This document shows positions 10,479-19,278 of a DNA stretch of 64,000 nucleotides, piece after piece (within the stretch, counting starts at the first letter, position 1; the number at the start of each line of letters is the position of its first letter). The stretch lies in NCBI GenBank assembly GCA_014190355.1, contig BJGH01000003.1:2893-66892 (forward strand). The letters run 5' to 3'. A program made the position numbers and the translations under genes. Origin of the DNA: Alphaproteobacteria bacterium (lineage in GTDB: Bacteria > Pseudomonadota > Alphaproteobacteria > Rickettsiales > UBA1997). The notes below the pieces were generated by a model. It was not told where the DNA came from. It searched no databases and saw nothing but the letters and a program-made list of their open reading frames with translations.

Positions 10479-11471
10479 ATGTTTGGAATATCTTTTAGAT
10501 CAATTAATTACCTTATCATCATTTGCACTATTTGTTGCTGCCAACACCAAATATCTAAACTCGAAGAACTTAACAGTAAAGAATCTCTTATTAAATCTGA
10601 ACCAGTTTTTGAATCTTATCTTGCTTTGGAATATCTAAACTTTGCAAGAAAATTAAGAAATGTTAAAGACTTTAAAAATTCTGAATATTTTGCCAAAAAA
10701 GGTCTTGATGCATTCATTAGAAAAGACATAATTCCAGAAAATCCAATAAATTTTGCAACTGACAATACTCAAATCAAAGAAATGGTTTTTATGCAAAAAC
10801 GTCTTGAGGAAATCAATAGTATCAATAGTCTTAGAATCAATTTACCAATTCAACTTGCTCATCTTCATTATCTTTATGATTGCTGGATTATTAAAGAGTC
10901 GAGTAACATTTTTGTTTCCGAAGATTTGGCATATTGCAAAACAACTTTTTCAAAATTATTAGAAGAAATTGAAAACTATTACCACGATACTAAAAAAGAT
11001 AAAACCGTTAAAACGCAAATAATTGAAACTAAATTTGATCGATTTGAAATAAATTTTGATATTCAAAGCTCTAACATCAATGATAAAGAAGCTGAAGAAT
11101 TATCAAAAATTATTAATTATTTAAAAAAATTTAAAGGAGAATATAGCATTATCTTACTTGGAAGTGCTGATGACAATAAAGATAATCTACTTAATCAGAA
11201 TCTTATACGCGATCGAATTAATACCGTTAAAAATTATCTTTTAGCTAACGGAGTTATTGATTATCAAATTAGCGTAAATTATGATGGGGAAGATCTTCCC
11301 GACATTGTTACAAGTGATTCTTTAAACTATAAAATTAATCGCAATGTATCAATATATATAATTAATCAAGGTAAGGAAAATGCCTCTTCTTATCCTTTAC
11401 CGCTTTTACAGAATCTTTATTTAAAAGAGCAAATTAGATTAGGCAAAGAAAGAAGAGGATTAAAAAATTAA
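10479..11471 (+). CDS. OmpA-like (peptidoglycan-associating C-terminal domain) envelope protein
   Basis: The C-terminus ILLGSADDNKDNLLNQNLIRDRINTVKNYLLANGV...GEDLP...INRNVSIYI fits the OmpA_C pattern. The N-terminus is hydrophobic and Cys-rich, so it may be a lipoprotein. Confidence 0.55.
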   Translation: MFGISFRSINYLIIICTICCCQHQISKLEELNSKESLIKSEPVFESYLALEYLNFARKLRNVKDFKNSEYFAKKGLDAFIRKDIIPENPINFATDNTQIKEMVFMQKRLEEINSINSLRINLPIQLAHLHYLYDCWIIKESSNIFVSEDLAYCKTTFSKLLEEIENYYHDTKKDKTVKTQIIETKFDRFEINFDIQSSNINDKEAEELSKIINYLKKFKGEYSIILLGSADDNKDNLLNQNLIRDRINTVKNYLLANGVIDYQISVNYDGEDLPDIVTSDSLNYKINRNVSIYIINQGKENASSYPLPLLQNLYLKEQIRLGKERRGLKN

Positions 11472-11473
11472 TT

Positions 11474-12619
11474 ATGAAATTAAATATTGAAAATTACCAA
11501 AGAATTGTTGTTAAAATTGGCTCGTCATTACTAGTTGAAGATAATCAAATTCGTGAAAAATGGCTAACTGAATTTGCTAAAGATGTTAAAGAATTAATAG
11601 AAAAAAAAATTGAATTAATTATTGTTACTTCTGGTGCAGTAGCTCTTGGTCGATCAATTATAGCAAATAAAACCTTAAAAAAATTAAGCGTTGAACAAAA
11701 GCAAGCCTGTGCTTCGATTGGACAAATTAAATTAATGAGCACTTACCATCAAATTTTTAAAAAACACCAGCTTAATGTTGCACAAATTCTCTTAACAGCT
11801 AACGATTGTAATTCCAGAAAAAGCTATCTTAATTGTCAAAACACCATTAACGCTTTAATTAAAAATAATGCAATCGCCATTATTAACGAAAATGATTCAG
11901 TTGCAGTTGATGAAATTAAAATTGGTGATAATGATCGCCTAGCATCAAGAGTTGCTCAAATGACTAACGCCGATCTTTTAATTTTATTTTCTGACATTGA
12001 TGGACTCTTCGATAAAAATCCCAAAACTCATAAAAATGCTCAATTCATTAGTCAAGTTAACAAAATCGATAAGAATATTGAGAACATGGCCAAAGGATCA
12101 TCATCTTCAGTTGGAACTGGGGGAATGATTACTAAAATTCAAGCAGCCAAAATGGCTTTAAATGCCAATTGCCCAACCGTTATAACAAGTGGAATTGAAA
12201 ACAAAGCTTTACAAAAATTATTTTTTTCTGAAAAAAAATTTACCATTTTTTGCAAAAAAGATAGCAAAAATATTAATCAAAATCAGTCCACAAAATCTAA
12301 GAAAAATTGGCTTTCTGGCATAGTGAATCCCAAAGGAACTCTAATTATAAATGAACTAGCAAGTCAAACCCTTCAACAAAAAAAAGCAAGTCTTTTAGCA
12401 GTTGGAGTAATTGCCGTTCAAGGAAATTTTGTAAAAGGAGATGTAGTCTTTGTTAAAGACAAAAAAAACCAACACATAGCCAGTGGAATTGTTAATTATT
12501 CCAAAAGTGATGCTGAGAAAATTCTTAAAAAGAATTCTCAACAAATAAAAAAAATTTTTGGCAATAAAGCAAAGTCAGAACTAGTTCACCTTGATAATTT
12601 AGTAATTATTAGCCAATAA
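11474..12619 (+). CDS. proB: Glutamate 5-kinase with PUA domain
   Basis: Contains RIVVKIGSSLL..., VTSGAVALGR and IGDNDRLASRVA, with a C-terminal PUA-like segment. Confidence 0.9.
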   Translation: MKLNIENYQRIVVKIGSSLLVEDNQIREKWLTEFAKDVKELIEKKIELIIVTSGAVALGRSIIANKTLKKLSVEQKQACASIGQIKLMSTYHQIFKKHQLNVAQILLTANDCNSRKSYLNCQNTINALIKNNAIAIINENDSVAVDEIKIGDNDRLASRVAQMTNADLLILFSDIDGLFDKNPKTHKNAQFISQVNKIDKNIENMAKGSSSSVGTGGMITKIQAAKMALNANCPTVITSGIENKALQKLFFSEKKFTIFCKKDSKNINQNQSTKSKKNWLSGIVNPKGTLIINELASQTLQQKKASLLAVGVIAVQGNFVKGDVVFVKDKKNQHIASGIVNYSKSDAEKILKKNSQQIKKIFGNKAKSELVHLDNLVIISQ

Positions 12620-14433
12620 TGACTTTAATTAAATATAACAAAAACATTTCTAGGAAAGTTAAAATTTATAAAAAGTTATTAATATTTTTTAATTATACCA
12701 TCCTCGGCATTTTTCTTATTATTAATCCTTGTTTTGCAAATGAAAATATCAATAATATCACCACTCAACAGGATTTAATTATCAGAAATCAACAAAGCAT
12801 AATTGATTATGAAACTCGTCAAAAAGAACAAACCTTGAATGAAGAAGAGCTTAACAAAAAATCTTTAGAAACCTCAACAGAAAAATATTTTACAGAACAA
12901 GAAGTTGATAAAAAAAACTGCAAGATTGTTAAAAAATTAATGATAACTAATTCAACAATTTTGAGTAAAAACATGATAACTCAACTGGAAAATGAAATAA
13001 TTGGTAAATGTTATGGAGCAAAAAAAATCTCAAAAATTATTGAAAAAATTTTAGAATTTTATGACCTTAAAGGCCATGTTACAACCGAGATTGAAACCAT
13101 TCAAAGTAGGATTGATCAAGGAATAATTGAGTTAAGAATAATTGAAAAAAAAGTTGAAGAAATTATTTTTAATGACAATAAACTTTCTAACTTGCAAAGA
13201 AAATTACAAAAATTTACAGCCTTTCGTAAAATTGAAGGTAAAATTCTAAATCAATATGATCTTGATCAAGGTTTATATCAAATCAATCGATTACAATCAA
13301 ATAAGGCTAAATATCGTATCGATAATGGCAGTAATCATTTTTTAAACAAGGTTTACATTGATAATAACAAAAAATTTCCAGCTCGTTTTGCAGTAACTCA
13401 TGATAATTTAGGAAACAGATCAACTGGAGTATTTCGTTCAGCATTTTCTGGATCATTTGATAATTTATTTTCACTTAATGAAAATTTAAATCTAGCAATT
13501 AACACCAATATTAACGACGATCAAAACACCAGAGATATTAAAACTTACTCAGCAAATTTTTATCTTCCACTTGGCTATTATAGCTTTTCAGCTGAAGGAT
13601 CAAAAAGCGATTTTTTTGGTAAAGATCTAAGTAATCGAAATTTTTCAGGATATTCTCAACGATACAGCTTAATACTTAATAAGTTATTTACTGATAATAA
13701 AGAATATCGTATCTCCGGAAAAATTGGCTTCACAAAAAAAGAAACTGGCAGTTATCTTGAAAATGTTAAAGTTAGTAATTCACAACGAAATTTATCAATT
13801 TTTAACATTAGTGTTTTAGCTACATATTTTTTAAACAACAGCTCAACGCTTTTTTTTAAACCAAATATACTAAAAGGAGTTAATGCACTTGGAGCATATC
13901 GCGATTATTCATTTACTTCGCCACAACTTGATTTTACAATATTTAAGTTTTATCTGTCATATCAAAAAAAAATCAATAGTTTCAATCTTAGCAAACCAAT
14001 AACTCTTGTCAGCGAAATAGATACTCAAATTGCCAATAAAACTCTTTTTGGTTCTGAACAATTTGCGATGGGAGGATATACTACTGTTAGAGGATTTCGT
14101 GAACGCAATATTGCCGCAGAAAACGGCTTTCTTTCAAGAAATAAGATTGAAATTAATATCGGATCTCTAGGAAATAAATTGAAAATTAAAAATAATCTCC
14201 TAAACAAAACATCAATTGAACCTTTTTTTGACTATGGCTATGTTAAAAAAAATTTTAACAATACATCTTCAAAAATCGCTGGAACAGGATTTAAAACTAG
14301 CTTCCATTCCAATCATTTCAAGGCTTCATTAACATTTTCATGGGCTTTAAAACAATCGTCAATGCCTGTTTCAAATTATCAGGAAAATAAAATGATTTAC
14401 TTTGAGATCAACAGTTTATGTTGTAATTTTTAA
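12619..14433 (+). CDS. ShlB/FhaC/HecB-type two-partner-secretion outer membrane transporter (TpsB)
   Basis: 604 aa. Has a signal sequence, a POTRA-like segment (GIIELRIIEKKVEEIIFND), and the ShlB-family motif FAMGGYTTVRGFRERNIAAENG in a beta-barrel region. Its start overlaps the proB stop (TAATG). Confidence 0.75.
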   Translation: MTLIKYNKNISRKVKIYKKLLIFFNYTILGIFLIINPCFANENINNITTQQDLIIRNQQSIIDYETRQKEQTLNEEELNKKSLETSTEKYFTEQEVDKKNCKIVKKLMITNSTILSKNMITQLENEIIGKCYGAKKISKIIEKILEFYDLKGHVTTEIETIQSRIDQGIIELRIIEKKVEEIIFNDNKLSNLQRKLQKFTAFRKIEGKILNQYDLDQGLYQINRLQSNKAKYRIDNGSNHFLNKVYIDNNKKFPARFAVTHDNLGNRSTGVFRSAFSGSFDNLFSLNENLNLAINTNINDDQNTRDIKTYSANFYLPLGYYSFSAEGSKSDFFGKDLSNRNFSGYSQRYSLILNKLFTDNKEYRISGKIGFTKKETGSYLENVKVSNSQRNLSIFNISVLATYFLNNSSTLFFKPNILKGVNALGAYRDYSFTSPQLDFTIFKFYLSYQKKINSFNLSKPITLVSEIDTQIANKTLFGSEQFAMGGYTTVRGFRERNIAAENGFLSRNKIEINIGSLGNKLKIKNNLLNKTSIEPFFDYGYVKKNFNNTSSKIAGTGFKTSFHSNHFKASLTFSWALKQSSMPVSNYQENKMIYFEINSLCCNF

Positions 14434-14460
14434 AAAAGCTAATAAAATTAACAATTATCG

Positions 14461-14490
14461 GTAGAAATAAATCTACTTTTTTAGATTTTT
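14461..14490 (+). terminator. Weak hairpin(s) plus a T-run downstream of tpsB
   Basis: GTAGA-aataaa-TCTAC is followed by TTTTTT. An alternative 7-bp stem is AAATCTA/TAGATTT. Confidence 0.3.
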
Positions 14491-14532
14491 AAATATCACA
14501 TTAAAGCTTGTTAAAAAAAATACGTATAATTA

Positions 14533-15750
14533 ATGACTAAAAAAAATTTGATAAAATTTCAAAATTTTGCCAAAAATTTGTTAATAGCATTTGTACTCAC
14601 ATTTACATCTTGCACTTCCTTAAGTCGTTTTGAAATTTTAAAAACTAGTAAAACGGAAGCAATATCAATTCTCGAGCTCAAAATAATGTCTGATGGGGTT
14701 GAAGAAAAAAATAATAGCGGATTATTTGGTGAATGTCACCTGATATTTAGCGATAAAAATGGGAAAGTTAAATCATCAAACAGAGATGATTATTCTTTTT
14801 ATATAATTAAGACCAAACCTGGAACTATTAAGATTGATGCTCTTAAATGCTCAAACTGGACTTGGTACTTCAAAAATCGTTATCTTAACCTTGGTGGACT
14901 TAATTTTACAGCAAAAAATGATAACTTAAACTACCTTGGTAATTTAGTAATAAACTACGAGCCAAGAAGTTTTGGTTTTTTAGATATTTTTGGACTTGGT
15001 GGAATTGTTAACGATAGCAAAGGAGCATATGATATTAAAGTATATGACAATATTGAACGCTCAATTAATTTCCTTAAAGAATATTATCCTGAACTTAAAC
15101 ATAAAAATGTTTTGAGATCAGTAATTAATCAACAAAAAAATAACAAAACAAAACTCAAAGACCTTCAGGAAAGAGATAAATTAAATAATAAAACTACTGA
15201 TAATTATTTCAAAGAAACAGTTACTAAACCTAAAAATGATCAAGATAAGAATCTTATAAATCAAACAAGTAATCCAATTGAGTCAGTTGAAAAAACAGAG
15301 ATTAAGGATAATCAAAATCTTAAAACAAATGATTATAATGTATACAAACTAAAACAAGAAAACAATATACCGGTTCCAAATAGCTCTATTGCAACTCCTA
15401 ATTCTGAAAATCAATTTGCCGTTCCGCCTAACCAAAATTTTAACTCTGCAAGAGTTCCAACTCCAACTAATCCTATTTCAACTCAAGTTGTTGTAAATCC
15501 ATCGACAATTCAACCTGTTGCAACACCTATCGCTCCAGCAACTGTAATTCAAAATGAAAATAACGATGAACAATTTACTAGAAGCTCAGTAAATACTGAT
15601 AAAAAAATTGGTAAAATAATTAAAAGAAATCGTTTATTACAAAAAGGTTATCAAACTCAATCATTACCGGAAAATTCTAATCAAAATCCAACACCTCAAG
15701 TCAATGAGCCTCAACAAAACTATCGACCTCGTCCTGCTGAAGTTCAGTAA
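14533..15750 (+). CDS. Lipoprotein with a Pro/Gln/Asn-rich disordered C-terminal half
   Basis: Lipobox LTFTSC. The N-terminal ~200 aa look globular and the C-terminal part is low complexity (PVPNSSIATPNSENQFAVPPNQNF...). Confidence 0.5.
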   Translation: MTKKNLIKFQNFAKNLLIAFVLTFTSCTSLSRFEILKTSKTEAISILELKIMSDGVEEKNNSGLFGECHLIFSDKNGKVKSSNRDDYSFYIIKTKPGTIKIDALKCSNWTWYFKNRYLNLGGLNFTAKNDNLNYLGNLVINYEPRSFGFLDIFGLGGIVNDSKGAYDIKVYDNIERSINFLKEYYPELKHKNVLRSVINQQKNNKTKLKDLQERDKLNNKTTDNYFKETVTKPKNDQDKNLINQTSNPIESVEKTEIKDNQNLKTNDYNVYKLKQENNIPVPNSSIATPNSENQFAVPPNQNFNSARVPTPTNPISTQVVVNPSTIQPVATPIAPATVIQNENNDEQFTRSSVNTDKKIGKIIKRNRLLQKGYQTQSLPENSNQNPTPQVNEPQQNYRPRPAEVQ

Positions 15751-15755
15751 AAAAA

Positions 15756-16499
15756 TTATTTCTTATTGTTTTTTAACAAACAATATTGTTGATATAAATC
15801 AGGTCGATTTTTTTTAGTAAACTCCTCAGCTTGTTCTTTTCGCCAATTAGCAATATTTTGATGATGACCTGATAATAAAATTTCTGGAACTTGACGATTA
15901 CGCCATAGACTTGGTTTAGTATAATGAGGATATTCTAGTAAATAACGATAATCATCGGTATCACTATTACCAAATGACTCTTGAGTTAAAGATTCATTAC
16001 AACCCAAAATCCCATCAATATTACGAAGAATCGCATCGATCATTGCCATACAAGCAATTTCTCCACCTGATAAAATAAAATCACCTAGAGATATCTCCTC
16101 AATAGCAAACTCATCTAACACTCTTTGATCAATTCCTTCATATCTTGCACATAAAAAATTCACTTGCGATTGTAAAGCGATTTGCCGAGCAAGACTCTGA
16201 TTAAAGACTTTACCTCGTGCAGAAAGGTAATAAATTGGTGAAGAGTTGTTTTTTAAATTTTGCTCTAAAGCATTAGCTACAACTTCTGGTTTTAGAATCA
16301 TTCCTGCACTTCCACCATAAACTGTATCATCAACTGTTTTACGCTGATCAGACGCATAATCTCGAATATTTATGGCTTGATATTGCCATAAACCATGCTC
16401 AAGAGCATTGCCAATAATTGAATAAGCTAATGGTCCAGGAAATAATTCGGGAAATAAAGTAAAAATTTTAAAATTAATTTTTGGCAAATTATTGGTCAT
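15756..16499 (-). CDS. trmD: tRNA (guanine37-N1)-methyltransferase
   Basis: Contains FKIFTLFPELFPG..., YGGSAGMILKPE and LSGGEIACMAMIDAILR. Confidence 0.92.
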   Translation of the reverse strand: MTNNLPKINFKIFTLFPELFPGPLAYSIIGNALEHGLWQYQAINIRDYASDQRKTVDDTVYGGSAGMILKPEVVANALEQNLKNNSSPIYYLSARGKVFNQSLARQIALQSQVNFLCARYEGIDQRVLDEFAIEEISLGDFILSGGEIACMAMIDAILRNIDGILGCNESLTQESFGNSDTDDYRYLLEYPHYTKPSLWRNRQVPEILLSGHHQNIANWRKEQAEEFTKKNRPDLYQQYCLLKNNKK

Positions 16500-16517
16500 T
16501 TGTTAAATCAAAAGATT

Positions 16518-17708
16518 TCAGATTTTAAAGGAAAAAACTTGTTTAAGCTTTGCACTAGCTTGTTTAATTTCATTAGGTGTTCTAATCATTGAAAACCTAA
16601 CATAACCTTCACCATTTTCGCCAAACGAACTGCCAGCAGACATCGCTACACCTGCATCTAGAATCATTTTTTTACAAAATTCAAAAGAAGATATATCGCT
16701 AAATTGTTTAGGTAATTTAGTCCAACAAAACATACTAGCTTTAGGTTTATCAATATGCCATCCTAGTTCATCAGCAAAATTTTTTACTAAAAATTCCCCT
16801 CGACTTTTATATAGTTTGCGTAAATTTTCAAGATAGTCATCATTACTTTCATCCAAAGCATGACCTGCAATTATTTGCAGCGGAGTAAATGATCCATAGT
16901 CCAAATAAGATTTTATTTTATAAAGAGCCGATATTAAATCACGATTACCAAGCGCAAATCCAACTCTTGTTCCCGCTAATGAATAACTTTTTGAAACAGA
17001 ATAAAACTCGATTGCCAAGTCTCTAGCTCCTTTAACCTGAAGAATTGAATGCGGTTTATCTTCTTTAGAAAAATAGAGTTCACAATAGGCTATATCAGAA
17101 ATAATGTATATTTGATATTTTCTACAAAAATCAACCAATTCCTCATAAAAACTAAAACTAGCTATTTCAGTTGTTGGATTACATGGATAACTAACGATAA
17201 CCGCTAATGGTTTTTGCTTATCAATTTCAACCAGTTTTTTAAATTTATCCAAGAAATCTCTTGCTCCAAGAGCTGAGATATGCTTAGTATTGCCTTTTGC
17301 TATCGAGAAACCAAAAGTATGAATCGGATAAGATGGCGATGGAACACAAATAAAATTTTGTGGATCAGAAATTGCCAAAGCTAATGAAGCAATACCCTCT
17401 TTAGCTCCAATTGTAACTAGTGTTTCAGTTTTATAATCCAGTTCAACACCAAATCTTCGATGATAATACTTAACAATAGCTTTTTTTAAGAATTCAATTC
17501 CTCCTGTTACCGAATATCCGTAGAGACTTGGATCTAAAACTAATTTTGAGAGTTGTTCAATAATTTTTTGCGGTGGTGCAGAATCTGGATTACCCATTCC
17601 AAAATCAATAATTTCTTTACCATTAGCAATTGCTTCTTGCTTGAGTTGATGGATATTAGCAAAAATGTAAGGGGGAAGCTTTTGTGTTAAATAAAATTTT
17701 TTTTGCAT
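16518..17708 (-). CDS. alaC: Class I/II PLP aminotransferase, AlaC (YfdZ)-like
   Basis: LPPYIFANIHQLK, IIDFGMGNPDSAPP, SVSKSYSLAGTRVGF and KIKSYLDYGSFTPLQ closely parallel E. coli AlaC as I recall it. Confidence 0.7.
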   Translation of the reverse strand: MQKKFYLTQKLPPYIFANIHQLKQEAIANGKEIIDFGMGNPDSAPPQKIIEQLSKLVLDPSLYGYSVTGGIEFLKKAIVKYYHRRFGVELDYKTETLVTIGAKEGIASLALAISDPQNFICVPSPSYPIHTFGFSIAKGNTKHISALGARDFLDKFKKLVEIDKQKPLAVIVSYPCNPTTEIASFSFYEELVDFCRKYQIYIISDIAYCELYFSKEDKPHSILQVKGARDLAIEFYSVSKSYSLAGTRVGFALGNRDLISALYKIKSYLDYGSFTPLQIIAGHALDESNDDYLENLRKLYKSRGEFLVKNFADELGWHIDKPKASMFCWTKLPKQFSDISSFEFCKKMILDAGVAMSAGSSFGENGEGYVRFSMIRTPNEIKQASAKLKQVFSFKI

Positions 17709-17823
17709 TGATATTTTTAAAATAAAATTAAAAAAAACATTGTAAAACTATAATAAAAAATTATCTTAAAGCAAGTTTTTTCACAAATATTTTTATAAAT
17801 CTTTCCAATAAAATTCATATCTT

Positions 17824-18465
17824 ATGGCAGAAATATCCAAACTTCTTGATGGTTTTAAGGTTTTTAAAGCTACCACATTTGAAAAAAATCGTGAAATTAT
17901 TAAGCATTTAATTATTCAAGAGCATAAACCCTCAACTATGATAATATCATCTTGTGATATCAAACTTGCTCCGGAAGAAATTTTTTCGGTCAATCCTGGT
18001 GATTTTTTCACAATTTTCAACATCGGAGGTCTAATTCCCAAATACAAAACCGAAGGAATAAGTGGAATAATCTCAGCTCTAGAATATGGAGTTAATATTT
18101 TAGAAGTTGATACGATCATGGTTTTGAGTAATACCAAAAATATTAGCTCAAAAATGATTATGTCTGATAATTTTAACAATGAAAAAAACAATATTTCTCC
18201 TGCTATGAAAACATGGCTTTCAATAGCTAATGAAGCTCGTGAGGCAGTTATTAAACAAATGCCAAATGCTTCCAAGGAGGAGCAAGAAATGGCTTTTGAA
18301 AGAGAAGCGGTAATCATCACCGTACAAAATCTTATGACCTACCCCTACATCAAAGAAAAAGTTGAAAAAAATAAACTGAAAGTTTTGGGATGGCAATTTG
18401 ATATTGAAAGTGGTGATATTAAAGCCTTGAACCATGATACCGCTGTATTTGATACAATATCATAA
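17824..18465 (+). CDS. Beta-carbonic-anhydrase-like protein with degenerate zinc site
   Basis: Collinear with beta-CA: KPSTMIISSCDIKLAPEEIFSVNPGDFF, LEYGVNILEVDTIMVL and GWQFDIESGDI. The GHxxCG zinc motif is replaced by SNTKNIS. Confidence 0.6.
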   Translation: MAEISKLLDGFKVFKATTFEKNREIIKHLIIQEHKPSTMIISSCDIKLAPEEIFSVNPGDFFTIFNIGGLIPKYKTEGISGIISALEYGVNILEVDTIMVLSNTKNISSKMIMSDNFNNEKNNISPAMKTWLSIANEAREAVIKQMPNASKEEQEMAFEREAVIITVQNLMTYPYIKEKVEKNKLKVLGWQFDIESGDIKALNHDTAVFDTIS

Positions 18466-18591
18466 ATAATTGTAATTAAAAATAATATATTGCAATACAA
18501 AAAAAAATTTTTTTAGGTATTGATTTATTATAATAAAATGATTAAATGTTGTTAGAAGTTTTATTATTTTTTAAATTAACATTTCAATCCT

Positions 18592-19278
18592 ATGTCTGAA
18601 AAAAACCTTCCAAGCCAAGAAAATCAAACTCATAACAAAAAAGATAAATTTTTATTTCTCAGAGAAATATACTGTAAAGCTAAAATAAATATCTCTCATA
18701 CCAAATATCTTACTGCATTAATTTTCATAGCGATTGGAATTATTCTTACAATTGGTTTTCAAACCATTAAATATCAATATGAAATGGCAATTGTTAAAAA
18801 ACATTTAAATAATTTTTATCACGATTTTGACAGCGATTATGTAAACTTTATTGATGATCAAAATGATATTGAGCGAGAAGTTACAAGAATGCAAAAAAGA
18901 ATGGATCGGATATTTTCACAACATCATAATTTTTTTGAGAATAATCATTTCAAAAACCAAAATCTCAATTTATCAGAAGTCAACAACAGCACTGTAAAAC
19001 TTCATGAAGATGATAAAAATTTTTATTATGAATTAAGTTTTTCTGGCTTTAAAAAAGAAGATATTAATGTTGAAATTAAAGATAATATTTTAACTTTCCA
19101 AGCTCAAAACAAAGTTTCAAGTAACAACAGCGGTGATCAAAAAAACAATAACGAACAAACTAATTATAATTCAAGTTTTAGCTATTCCTTTTTATTAAAC
19201 AATTACAATAACGCGAGTCCCACAGATATTACAAAACTTGATGACAAGATTATTGTTAAAATTGCTAAAAAAACTTAG
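18592..19278 (+). CDS. Hsp20/alpha-crystallin-domain protein with an N-terminal TM anchor
   Basis: ACD-like [38 protein letters not shown] ... [11 protein letters not shown], with a TM segment [21 protein letters not shown]. Confidence 0.55.
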   Translation: MSEKNLPSQENQTHNKKDKFLFLREIYCKAKINISHTKYLTALIFIAIGIILTIGFQTIKYQYEMAIVKKHLNNFYHDFDSDYVNFIDDQNDIEREVTRMQKRMDRIFSQHHNFFENNHFKNQNLNLSEVNNSTVKLHEDDKNFYYELSFSGFKKEDINVEIKDNILTFQAQNKVSSNNSGDQKNNNEQTNYNSSFSYSFLLNNYNNASPTDITKLDDKIIVKIAKKT

